Shown in pieces: positions 37,741 through 47,255 of a DNA stretch of 64,000 nt. Position 1 is the first letter of the stretch; each line of letters opens with the position of its first letter. The position numbers and the translations under genes are program-made. The notes beneath the pieces were generated by a model, which was given only the letters and a program-made list of their open reading frames with translations, searched no databases and had not been told where the DNA came from. This stretch comes from Deltaproteobacteria bacterium (GTDB lineage: Bacteria > Bdellovibrionota_C > UBA2361 > SZUA-149 > JADZAE01), in contig JADZAE010000034.1 of assembly GCA_020852715.1 (NCBI GenBank), positions 57,786 to 121,785 of the forward strand, in the 5' to 3' direction.

Positions 37741-40302
37741 CTACTGATTGTCCTGAGGTAGGAACATGTCGTTCCAGCTGGTGGCAATAGTATCTGCCGA
37801 CTCAATTGCTGTGCTCCACAAAGCTTTTTGGCGTTCGATATCCATAACCCGCATATAATCAGCAGCTTCGCCAAGCGCCATTGCTGGGGTACCCGAAAGA
37901 GAAAAATAAGGGGCATTAAAAGCTCCGAAGCTTGTAGTCATCGCTCCAAAGCCCATATATTCAAATTCGGTTTTGGCTCTATCATAGACCCCCTGTAAAG
38001 CCATTCCTGATTGCATCAATTCTGCTTCATAATCCTGAGCCTTTTTTACAAATATGTTCCCCACGCCTACAGCCGTCTGGAACATTTTACCTACCTGAGT
38101 ATCGTCAGCTTTATTACTCTCGTACTCGGTTGGTAGTAACTTAGTCAAACTATCAATTGTTTTTGAATTTAAGCCACCTAATATACCTCTGCTTCGGGCA
38201 TTAGCTAAATATCTACCTGCTACACTTTTAGAATTAACATGCTCCACCGGATTAGTGCTATGATCAATCGGATTAACGCTTAATCCAGCCGGGATAGATT
38301 GAAAACCAATCGCTTCGGGATTTCTAACCGGAATTCTATCTTCCTGCTTAAAATAATTCATGGGAGCGAGATTGGCACCCTTACCGTATAAATCATTATG
38401 CAATGCTCCATAGGCTCTTTGTCCTTGATCCAAAATAAAGCTAGAGCGTAAATAGGCGGCAGCTTGGTTCACATCACTTACTGCCGGAGTAGAATAGTCA
38501 CCGGCAAAGCTTTTCATGCTAGCCGTTACATAGCCGTGGCTAGCACCAAGACCGCCTAATAATAACAAGGCTGTTATAATGGGTATTGATTGTAGTGCTA
38601 CTGCAATCATTTGATAATAAGTTGAAATATTAAATGTAGGATCAAGTTCTCTGATAGCATATAAAGCTGTTGCTAAATCAGCGCTAAGCATTGCTGCGGG
38701 AGTATTAACATCAGGCGACTTGCCAACTGAGATCATGTTAAATAAAAAGGAATCGATCAGCATAACTACCGAAAAGCCGACATCCCAGCTTTTTACCCAA
38801 AGCCATAACATAAACCAATAAATAAAAAATCCTTGCTTACCCGGCCAGAGTAAAACCAGAGCAAAAAAAGGATAACAAATAGCCAAGAAATATAAGAGTA
38901 TGCCTTGATAGTAAGGTAGTTGTTGCGCATGAGTTATCAGCACTGAACGATAGCGCCATTCATTCATTTTCTGCCGCTGTTTTTCTATTCCGGCCATAGT
39001 CATTGTATCAGCAGGCATGGCAATAGTTCCAGCCATACCTTCCACATCACTAAGACTTCCAATAAAAACAGAGTTATTATGCGCCTCAGCTGCTGTGTTG
39101 GACATTATATATTTGGCTACTACGCCATAAAGTAATTTGGGATTTTTTATTGTCTCCGAATCATCCAGATTCAAGCGAAACGCATCCGCTTTGCCATCGT
39201 TATAATTTGCACCCAATATTTGATATAAAGATTTAACCACATCTTTTTCGGCCACCCCCATGCCTCGACCTCTCTTTTTGGCGTTCTCGACAGCTTTTTT
39301 TGCCGATCTATACAAGCCTCCATAAGTAAAATTCCAAATATCTTTACAGGTGAAAGGTGGATCAACATTCTTAAGTTCTTCTTTCACCAATTCATACTCG
39401 GCTATCTTGGGATCGGCTTGTTTGTAATCTCCGCTTACTACACCCCCATTGGCACCATCCTTATCCGAGAGTTTATCTAACCACCTCGTTACCTTGTCTG
39501 TACCTTCATCCTCATTGGGAATTTGATCTAAGTTGATAAATTCTTCATTCCATTCTCCGGGAAAATCAACCTTCATTCGCGCTACATAATCCAAAGCATT
39601 TTCGCTTAAGCGCACGGGGTGAGTTTTTAAATATTCCTCATATTCTTTAATTTTCTCCTCACGCTCTTTTGCATTATATCTTAAAGTCAGATCTGTGCCA
39701 TAGCCGATACTTGCTAAAGTATAGGCTTCGCGGCATTCATTTAGAAATCCTAATTGTACTAGCTCGCGCAAGCCATCATCTTGAATGCGATAGCCTTGGG
39801 TATCAACAATCAGTTCCAGTTGGTTCATGAACTTAAGATCGATATTTTTCTTTTCAGCAATCATCACCCTAACCATCTCTTGAACAGTGTTGCTGATAAA
39901 ATTATTATAATAAGAAAATAACCAAGACACCTCGGCCTTAGTATCTTGGCCGGCCAGCTTTTCGTCCTTCATGGCCTCAAGCACAGCAGTATCTACTGAT
40001 TTCGATGAGCGCACCTGATTAGCAAAACGCCACTCGGCTGATTCGACTTTAGCTAAATTAAAAACACAAAACGCATATAACCCCGGACCAATCACAAACC
40101 AATAGAGATGCTTAAATGATCCGGTAACCACAAGTCGGACCAAGGCAATAATAGCAATTACACTAAAGATAAGCGCAGGAACGGTAGATTTAAGAGGCGT
40201 AGCTAACTGCTCAAGTAGATGGGCTTGATAATAGTAACCCACTGACTCCATCACAGAGCTGACAAATGATCCACCGGAGGCTACTGAGCTAAAATCTGCC
40301 AT
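37741..40302 (-). CDS. TraG N-terminal-domain (VirB6-like) family polytopic membrane protein, paralog 5 of 5
   Basis: 853 aa. The N-terminal pair of transmembrane helices follows a short conserved head (SFVSSVMESVGYYYQAHLL). The periplasmic loop carries two conserved Cys (FLNECREAYTL, PPFTCKDIWNF). The conserved block is QLPYYQGILLYFLAICYPFFALVLLWPGKQGFFIYWFMLWLWVKSWDVGFSVVML, followed by ELDPTFNISTYYQMIAVALQSIPIITALLL. Confidence 0.6.
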   Translation of the reverse strand: MADFSSVASGGSFVSSVMESVGYYYQAHLLEQLATPLKSTVPALIFSVIAIIALVRLVVTGSFKHLYWFVIGPGLYAFCVFNLAKVESAEWRFANQVRSSKSVDTAVLEAMKDEKLAGQDTKAEVSWLFSYYNNFISNTVQEMVRVMIAEKKNIDLKFMNQLELIVDTQGYRIQDDGLRELVQLGFLNECREAYTLASIGYGTDLTLRYNAKEREEKIKEYEEYLKTHPVRLSENALDYVARMKVDFPGEWNEEFINLDQIPNEDEGTDKVTRWLDKLSDKDGANGGVVSGDYKQADPKIAEYELVKEELKNVDPPFTCKDIWNFTYGGLYRSAKKAVENAKKRGRGMGVAEKDVVKSLYQILGANYNDGKADAFRLNLDDSETIKNPKLLYGVVAKYIMSNTAAEAHNNSVFIGSLSDVEGMAGTIAMPADTMTMAGIEKQRQKMNEWRYRSVLITHAQQLPYYQGILLYFLAICYPFFALVLLWPGKQGFFIYWFMLWLWVKSWDVGFSVVMLIDSFLFNMISVGKSPDVNTPAAMLSADLATALYAIRELDPTFNISTYYQMIAVALQSIPIITALLLLGGLGASHGYVTASMKSFAGDYSTPAVSDVNQAAAYLRSSFILDQGQRAYGALHNDLYGKGANLAPMNYFKQEDRIPVRNPEAIGFQSIPAGLSVNPIDHSTNPVEHVNSKSVAGRYLANARSRGILGGLNSKTIDSLTKLLPTEYESNKADDTQVGKMFQTAVGVGNIFVKKAQDYEAELMQSGMALQGVYDRAKTEFEYMGFGAMTTSFGAFNAPYFSLSGTPAMALGEAADYMRVMDIERQKALWSTAIESADTIATSWNDMFLPQDNQ

Positions 40303-40307
40303 AGTTT

Positions 40308-42653
40308 TTAATATCCTCTTCCCCGAGAACGTCCCATTTCTCCCTCGGTAGGTATTTCAGCAGTCGAAGGACCCTGCATCGGCAACTTTTCACTCGGTTC
40401 AGCTAGTTGAGCACCTAGCGCCGGAATTACCGTAATAATGCTATCCTGGACCTTTTCAGCATAATTAAAATCTGTTTGTGCTTTTAATGGCGCAATAAAT
40501 TTCTCATGATCAATAGCGGCCACCAAGTCATGACTATTCCAGCCTAGCATATTCATATCTTGAGCAAGTTGTATATTTCTAAGACTATTAGCTTCATTAA
40601 GCATAGCAAAATGAAGATTCTTCTCCACTTCGGCACCCACGAGCTCTTTTTTCTGGGCAGCCTCAGCTGCCGTCAGGCCACTGAAGATAGAATTCATTTC
40701 CTTAGTATAGGCATTAGCAATTTCGCCGAGAGCTACAGAATCTACCGCTTTGTCCGACGCTGCCTTCATATATTGAGAAGACAAACTTAGCAGCTTTTCT
40801 CCGCCAATAGCTTTAGCGACATTTGGTTGGAGATAGGCATTATAGAAATTGTTTTCGGTGGCCTGCCATATTCTTTTTTCGAATAGTGCTTTATTCTCCT
40901 GTAATTTTGTACTTGTCATATAGCGACCAATAGTAGTGCCAACATTGCCGGCAAAATTTGAAACGCCATTACTTACCGCATCTAATATTTCAGAACCTCC
41001 TTTTTTCACGATCAGCGCCATAATAGCCGGCATAGTAACAATACAAGCCGCGATTAAATTATAATATGTTGCGACCGAATAGGAAGGATCAACTTCCATT
41101 GCTCTTTTCAGAGCTTCGGCCGGTCCTTGCTGAACGTTCAGCAATTCAGTGGTCATGGGAGCTCCATGCGGCATGAACGCATATAAAATATCATCTATCA
41201 TCATCACAAAGGCCATACCCAAATCCCAAGATTTAACCCAAAACCACAGACTCATCCAAGAAAACACTACGTGGTGTCGTCCTGGAACCAAAAACATAAA
41301 AGCGACAAAAGGAAAAGCAGCAGCAAGGAAATAAAGCAATAATCCTTGTATATAAGGAAGGGTTTGGGCAACGGCAAGAAAGTCCCCCTTTCTATACCAA
41401 TGATCAAATGATCCAAACAACCTCATTGACCTGGCAATATCAGGATTATTGTATTTACTAGCCTCGGGCACACGCGATCCACTAGCGCCCTCTGTCCTTG
41501 TTACATCCTTAGACTCCAGAGCTGTCGGTATATAATTCATTTGCACTATCGTCGGATTTACCTGGCCTAGTTCTTTTACGAACATATTCATGGCGACTTC
41601 ATTAAGTAGGGCTTGCAATTTTTGATCATTACTCAATCCTTGAGTTTTTATTTTGTCATCATCGGTGCGCACTTCCATATCAAACTTCATCAATAACCTT
41701 TCCCGTGCTTTTTTGCGCATGTCTTTAGCAGCTTCGCTAGAATCATTGGCATTATCCATGCTTAATACAGCATCAAGAGTTTCCGTGGCATGTGCCTGCA
41801 AAATGGCAAAGCTAAGTTTCCAAGTGTCTAAGCAAGTAAGCGGGGAATCTTTCTTGATAGAACCATCGGTTTCTACCTTATCACCTAGAGTTTTAGCGGC
41901 AATGTCAGAAATTCCGTCTGTCTTTAGCCATTTAAGCAGTGGGGCGCGTGAGTCATCAGCTGTTAAAGCAACAAGGTTTCCGGCTTTCTTCATTTTTTCT
42001 TCTATTTCTGCGCGCTCAGGATTAGTAACACCTAAGTTATTTAAAGTACGAGCCAAAGTATAATAGGAGCTACAGTTATTTATTGTAGCTAAATTGACTA
42101 GTTGTTTTAGATTTTCGTCGGTAATCGTTGCTTTAAAAAGACCTTCGTATTTTTTTACTTGATTTAAAAAATGCACATCACCATCTTTTTTTACCACCCC
42201 TAAAGCATCAATCGTGGCTTGGATGACTCCGCTAGTAAATCTATTCCATTCAGCAAACATCGTCGATACTTTCATTGATGTCGCAGCTTGAGAGCCTTGA
42301 CTGTCACTATTATAAGTTACTCCTTTGGTATATTTTTCTACATAGGCGCTATCTCTCTTTTTACTACCAAACTGCCAAGCTGCTCCTGTCGAATCTTCAG
42401 TATTAAGAATAGCAACGTAAAATAAGGCGGGACCAATTAAAAACCAACGAAAGAATTTATAATCGCCACCCATGGCATAAGTGACAAAGGCAATTAAAGC
42501 CGAGAGGAGATAACAGAGAGCACCGAGTGAATAAGCTAAGCCATCAGTATCTAAATGTTTTAAGATTTCGGATTGCAAATATTGGCCGCTTGTTTCCAAA
42601 GTAGCAGCAATTATGTTGCTTACGCTACCAATTTGTGAAGTATCAAGCGACAT
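40308..42653 (-). CDS. TraG N-terminal-domain (VirB6-like) family polytopic membrane protein, paralog 4 of 5
   Basis: 781 aa. Motifs TINNCSSYYTL, SPLTCLDTWKL, TLPYIQGLLLYFLAAAFPFVAFMFLVPGRHHVVFSWMSLWFWVKSWDLGMAFVMM, EVDPSYSVATYYNLIAACIVTMPAIMALIV. The C-terminal tail is divergent. Confidence 0.6.
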   Translation of the reverse strand: MSLDTSQIGSVSNIIAATLETSGQYLQSEILKHLDTDGLAYSLGALCYLLSALIAFVTYAMGGDYKFFRWFLIGPALFYVAILNTEDSTGAAWQFGSKKRDSAYVEKYTKGVTYNSDSQGSQAATSMKVSTMFAEWNRFTSGVIQATIDALGVVKKDGDVHFLNQVKKYEGLFKATITDENLKQLVNLATINNCSSYYTLARTLNNLGVTNPERAEIEEKMKKAGNLVALTADDSRAPLLKWLKTDGISDIAAKTLGDKVETDGSIKKDSPLTCLDTWKLSFAILQAHATETLDAVLSMDNANDSSEAAKDMRKKARERLLMKFDMEVRTDDDKIKTQGLSNDQKLQALLNEVAMNMFVKELGQVNPTIVQMNYIPTALESKDVTRTEGASGSRVPEASKYNNPDIARSMRLFGSFDHWYRKGDFLAVAQTLPYIQGLLLYFLAAAFPFVAFMFLVPGRHHVVFSWMSLWFWVKSWDLGMAFVMMIDDILYAFMPHGAPMTTELLNVQQGPAEALKRAMEVDPSYSVATYYNLIAACIVTMPAIMALIVKKGGSEILDAVSNGVSNFAGNVGTTIGRYMTSTKLQENKALFEKRIWQATENNFYNAYLQPNVAKAIGGEKLLSLSSQYMKAASDKAVDSVALGEIANAYTKEMNSIFSGLTAAEAAQKKELVGAEVEKNLHFAMLNEANSLRNIQLAQDMNMLGWNSHDLVAAIDHEKFIAPLKAQTDFNYAEKVQDSIITVIPALGAQLAEPSEKLPMQGPSTAEIPTEGEMGRSRGRGY

Positions 42654-42665
42654 TTTCCCTCCTAA

Positions 42666-44732
42666 TTAGTTACCATCTAAATCTATCTCATTAGAGGACT
42701 TTGGCGGCGTTGGGTCTTCATCACTTTGAACTCCCGGTCGTGAGTTTCCAGCGCCAAGCATTTTATTATACTCAAATATATTACGCGCCTGAATATCTTG
42801 ATTTCCCTTTAGGCGTTCTGCTGCAGTCAGCGAGGAAAAGTTTGCATCGGTACCCGCGGCGCCGCGTGGCTCCATTCCTGATCTAAGAAGAGCAGTTTTT
42901 CCTAAATCAGTTTCACGTCCTGGCTGAGTATTATAACTCCTAGCTTGCGATAGCTGCGCTTGTCTATTCATTTCATTTCGATGAGTTCTATCGCCAGCTA
43001 AAGCTATGGGAACACCGCTATCAGTATAGCCGGGGTTATTAGCTGCTTTCTCCGCACCACCCACATTATATAGCGCGCTATTTACTCCAATCATTAACGC
43101 TTGATCAGATGCATATTGACGTCTTGCCGATTGCAAAAATCTTTTCTCAAAACTTCCTAACGGTTTCATGGCCTTAGAAACAAAACCTTTAACATGACCC
43201 GCCCCTAAACATAAATTTGCAGTCAAAATAGGTATAGATAAAGTAATCAGAGAAATGATTGTACTATAAGTATTTGGCGTAGCTATAGGATCATTAACCG
43301 AGATGAACGAATAAATTGAATCTATATTTTCCCAATTAATTGTTCCGGCTACATGGTTTATGTCACGCGAGGTAAACTGCCAGAGAAAGTCTTTAAAAAA
43401 GACGACTATGGCAAAACCAACGTCCCAACTTTTCGCCCAAAGCCAAATAAACATCCAATTAAAAAACACTGTCGCGCGACCAGGCATTAACAAAAACAAT
43501 GCAAAAAATGGGAAAAGCGTAGTCATAACCATAAGAATTAATCCCTGGATATAAGGAATAAGGCCGGCAAAATACACCATTTTAGAAATCATTGTTGAGC
43601 TATTGGCCGCAGCAACTTGCGTGTAGACTGAAGATACGTGCTCGCCGGAAATAGCGTTTTGCTCATATATCTGATTAATCAACAAAGAGTGAGCATTTTT
43701 TTGCATAGTGTTTCTTAAAAGAAAAGCCGCTATTACATCAACGGCTCTCTCTGAGGAATTCCCATTTTGTCCGTTCTGCCCGGCAATAGTCTTTTCTACT
43801 TCAGCCCAAACCTCTTTCCATGGAATATCTGACTCGCCCATTCCATCAGCACCTGCCGTGCGCTCTTGTTGTTTATTCTTTAATATTATGGCCTCGTCAT
43901 GACATGCTTTTTTAATTACTTCATATAAGCGCTGACAACTAATGCTCTTAGTCTCTTCCTCAGGGCTTATTAGACCACCATCTAGTGCTTTAAGATAATC
44001 TATTACTCCATGATCGAGATTAATGAATGTATTTTCCCTTCGTATCCTGGCCTTAGTTTTTAGATCTTCCTTTTGCGTGACATTAGTAATGCGTGCCGCT
44101 TCATTGGCATAACTGGACGGATCAGCACACTTACCCATAAGGCCAAAGGACAATAAGCGCATAAAATGCGGGTTTTTATTTTCATAATTAAGCAAATAAT
44201 TAAACAATCGCTCTCTGCCGGCAATTATCATATCCTCTCTATTTTCAGTATCCAGCAATACGCCGACAAGAGACTGCACTAAGCTGCTAATAAATTGATC
44301 ATAGTAAACATAAAAACGAGAGACTTTCTTTTCTTGATTATCGTTTGAACTGCTACCATCTTCTTTTTTATACAGCATGTTATAAAACGTTTCTTGCCCC
44401 TCGACAGAATTAGCGACGACACGGTTTCCGAACTTCACTGTGGTCGCATCCACCGGAATTGTGTCTTTTAAAAAGAAAAAGAATAGCGCCGGGGAAATCA
44501 CCAAATATAAAGCTTTTTTATAATTACCAAACACACCATAAGAAATTAAGGCTCCGACTAAAGAAACCAAATAAATTAAAGCTCCGATAGAAGTAATCAT
44601 CTCGCTCATATTAGATAGCACAGAAGCCTGACCATCAAGCCCTGTGCTTTGCAGCAAAGCAGAGACAAAGTGACCTACAGATCCTATCTCTGCACTACTG
44701 ATCGACTCTCCTATTTCGCCAATTTCTGCCAT
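42666..44732 (-). CDS. TraG N-terminal-domain (VirB6-like) family polytopic membrane protein, paralog 3 of 5
   Basis: 688 aa. Motifs LMGKCADPSSYA, KSISCQRLYEV, LIPYIQGLILMVMTTLFPFFALFLLMPGRATVFFNWMFIWLWAKSWDVGFAIVVF, NDPIATPNTYSTIISLITLSIPILTANLCL. Confidence 0.6.
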   Translation of the reverse strand: MAEIGEIGESISSAEIGSVGHFVSALLQSTGLDGQASVLSNMSEMITSIGALIYLVSLVGALISYGVFGNYKKALYLVISPALFFFFLKDTIPVDATTVKFGNRVVANSVEGQETFYNMLYKKEDGSSSNDNQEKKVSRFYVYYDQFISSLVQSLVGVLLDTENREDMIIAGRERLFNYLLNYENKNPHFMRLLSFGLMGKCADPSSYANEAARITNVTQKEDLKTKARIRRENTFINLDHGVIDYLKALDGGLISPEEETKSISCQRLYEVIKKACHDEAIILKNKQQERTAGADGMGESDIPWKEVWAEVEKTIAGQNGQNGNSSERAVDVIAAFLLRNTMQKNAHSLLINQIYEQNAISGEHVSSVYTQVAAANSSTMISKMVYFAGLIPYIQGLILMVMTTLFPFFALFLLMPGRATVFFNWMFIWLWAKSWDVGFAIVVFFKDFLWQFTSRDINHVAGTINWENIDSIYSFISVNDPIATPNTYSTIISLITLSIPILTANLCLGAGHVKGFVSKAMKPLGSFEKRFLQSARRQYASDQALMIGVNSALYNVGGAEKAANNPGYTDSGVPIALAGDRTHRNEMNRQAQLSQARSYNTQPGRETDLGKTALLRSGMEPRGAAGTDANFSSLTAAERLKGNQDIQARNIFEYNKMLGAGNSRPGVQSDEDPTPPKSSNEIDLDGN

Positions 44733-44747
44733 AGTTATGATAAAATT

Positions 44748-47255
44748 TTATTTAATAAATCCTACCGCCGATTCTACATTTGTCGTCCACTTCCTTTGCT
44801 CAGTAGTCGCCTCGCTCCTTACCTTTGTCATCATTGGAGTCATTAGATCTCCGGGACTAAACTCTACTAAGCCAAATGGCTCACCGCGTCCATTGGACAT
44901 AGCGCGCAGTTGTTCAAACTGTCTAACTCCGACATTATTAGAGTAATACTCACCAAGCATCATACCGGCTTGCCTCTGTCTTTGCTGAGCTTCCAAGGCT
45001 GTAGCATCTCTGGCACTGTCTTGAGTGGCTCTATTTTGGGCAAGCGTTGCATTTGCCCCACCCCAAGCGGAAATTGGATTAATCATTGCACCCCCGGCCG
45101 TAGCCACCATACCCAACCCACGCTGAAAGGCCGATTCTTCCTCAGTGCTTTTAAAGTTTGCTCGCGCTTCTGTCATTTTCTCATTCATATCTTTCATGAA
45201 AGGAATATTGCTTTGAAAAGAATTAACATCGTTAGCATACATACTTTGAATAGTGCGTGCTTCAAAATTACGTCGCATGTTATTATACTGCGAGGAAAGG
45301 CGGGCTGATTCTGTCGTTCCTACCGCTCCGGCCATAGTAGAACCAACGCTTTTAAAATTATCAACAAATGCCGATAACCCTGCTGCTTTAGCCCCAATAA
45401 TCAGTCGCGCCATGATTACAGGAACTGAGGTCACTAAAAGCGCAATCAAGGTGTAATAATTGGCCATATTATAACCAGGATCACCAAAGAATGCTTGCTC
45501 CATTATGGTAATAGGAGTTTGTGCGTAGCTACTCGTGGGATCGTAAAAACCACTATGTGGCATTAGTTGCCATAAAATATTGTCTAGAATCATGACCAAT
45601 GACCAACCAAAATCCCAGCTTTTTAGCCATGCCCATAGAGCACACCAAGAGAAAAATACATTGGCTTTTCCCGGTAATACAACAGCCAGACAAACAAATG
45701 GAAAAGCTAAAGCTAAAGTGTAAAGCAAAACACCTTGCACATAAGGTATCATCATGGCAAAAATAAAAAGTTCATGTTTTTTTCGATTAGCAATAATATG
45801 GTTGATAATCTGATTACCAAACTGCCACATTTCTTTTTCCGAATAAGCAGTGGCTCCGGTTGGATCAAAAACAGAAGAGGTAGGAATTACGCCGGAGTGC
45901 TCGGCAAATGAAGTTATTACTTTTCCATGCGTTCCATCAGCTTGAGCTTTCCTCAGCATATATCCACCGATGATAACAGGGATCAATGAGATTTTAGGAT
46001 CAGATTTTTTATTATCTATTACTATTTCCTCAGCTGGATACTCAAAAGACGAGCCTCCTTCAGGATCGTATTGATAGTTAGGCCGGCTTTGCAATTTGAT
46101 AGCTATATCATCCATGATCGCCTTTAGAAAATCGCCCTTTGAAGTATCATTGTTTTTAGCTACTTTATCTTTAACGGCTTTTTGTAAATACTCCGCTCCT
46201 TCTTTGTATAAACCTAGCCCCATCAGCACCCAAAGCTGATTACAACTGGCTTTGTTGTGCATAAAGGTAAGCTCTTTCTCTACTTTTAAGGCTTCATAGT
46301 CTTCGGCGAATGTGTTTCTAACATCCCTATCCATGACCCCAAACCCCCCATTAGAACCCTCGGCTGAATTCCCAAGATTTAATCCAGCTAAAGGATCAGT
46401 AAACACGCCATTTGCTTGTGCGTCTTGAATTTGATTGATGTAGCGGGTGAGAGGACCGGTGCGTAACGGTTTGGTTTCAGCATTGCCATCATAAAGCTTG
46501 GCGTAATCAGCAGCAGCTCTTCTATATTCGGGTGAATTTTTATATTCTGGATCTTTTTCTCCCAAAGCTAAGATCCTTGCCGCTTCTAATTCATCAGCAC
46601 ATACGGCCAAGGTATACTGAGTAAAAGTATTTAAATCAGGAGAGCCAATGCGCGCAGTGATAATATCTTCGTATAGCTGCTGGCGAATAGTAAATTTCAT
46701 TTTATTCATCAAAGCTTTGTCTGAAATAACAGTAATCATCTGTTGCACTGTTTCGGAAACAAATTTGTTGTATTGATGAAAGAACCAAGAGACTTTTGGC
46801 GCTTTCTCATCGGCTTTGAGCCAGCGCACTTGCTCATTTTGCGGATCTAGAGCAGCCTCTTTAATTAGAGCTGAGGCAGCAGCCGTCTTTTCAGCATATT
46901 GCCATTCGACACCTTGCCCGGAGTCCGTAGTTCGTATTAAAAAAAACAATAACCCCGGGCCAATAAAAAACCATAATGCCGTACCGTAGCTTCCCGAAAT
47001 GACAAAAGTGATCATTGCAGCTAAAGCCGCACCGATAAAGAACAATGCCCCTAAACCAGTAAGCATTTTTGCTAAGTCTTCTAACACAATTGATTGTGCT
47101 TTATAGCCGGCTGATTCTAAACCAGCGGCAGCTAAAGTACCTGTGCTGGCGTATTCTGTGCTGTTGTTGCTAGACTGAGCATAAACAGACAGAGGCGATA
47201 AAACTATCATTAGGCATAAGATTATCAATATGTATTTATGCCATCTCATAATCAT
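44748..47255 (-). CDS. TraG N-terminal-domain (VirB6-like) family polytopic membrane protein, paralog 2 of 5 (the only one with a cleavable-looking signal peptide)
   Basis: 835 aa. It has an extra N-terminal MIMRWHKYILIILCLMIVLSPLSVYAQS. Motifs TLAVCADELEAA, NKASCNQLWVL, MIPYVQGVLLYTLALAFPFVCLAVVLPGKANVFFSWCALWAWLKSWDFGWSLVMI, GDPGYNMANYYTLIALLVTSVPVIMARLII. There is a 4-nt ATGA overlap with paralog 1. Confidence 0.6.
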   Translation of the reverse strand: MIMRWHKYILIILCLMIVLSPLSVYAQSSNNSTEYASTGTLAAAGLESAGYKAQSIVLEDLAKMLTGLGALFFIGAALAAMITFVISGSYGTALWFFIGPGLLFFLIRTTDSGQGVEWQYAEKTAAASALIKEAALDPQNEQVRWLKADEKAPKVSWFFHQYNKFVSETVQQMITVISDKALMNKMKFTIRQQLYEDIITARIGSPDLNTFTQYTLAVCADELEAARILALGEKDPEYKNSPEYRRAAADYAKLYDGNAETKPLRTGPLTRYINQIQDAQANGVFTDPLAGLNLGNSAEGSNGGFGVMDRDVRNTFAEDYEALKVEKELTFMHNKASCNQLWVLMGLGLYKEGAEYLQKAVKDKVAKNNDTSKGDFLKAIMDDIAIKLQSRPNYQYDPEGGSSFEYPAEEIVIDNKKSDPKISLIPVIIGGYMLRKAQADGTHGKVITSFAEHSGVIPTSSVFDPTGATAYSEKEMWQFGNQIINHIIANRKKHELFIFAMMIPYVQGVLLYTLALAFPFVCLAVVLPGKANVFFSWCALWAWLKSWDFGWSLVMILDNILWQLMPHSGFYDPTSSYAQTPITIMEQAFFGDPGYNMANYYTLIALLVTSVPVIMARLIIGAKAAGLSAFVDNFKSVGSTMAGAVGTTESARLSSQYNNMRRNFEARTIQSMYANDVNSFQSNIPFMKDMNEKMTEARANFKSTEEESAFQRGLGMVATAGGAMINPISAWGGANATLAQNRATQDSARDATALEAQQRQRQAGMMLGEYYSNNVGVRQFEQLRAMSNGRGEPFGLVEFSPGDLMTPMMTKVRSEATTEQRKWTTNVESAVGFIK

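Noticed and set aside
37656-37916. 86-aa ORF overlapping the 3-prime end of TraG-like paralog 5
   Set aside because: It is an alternative frame of the same strand overlapping a much longer, paralog-supported ORF, and there is no independent support for it.
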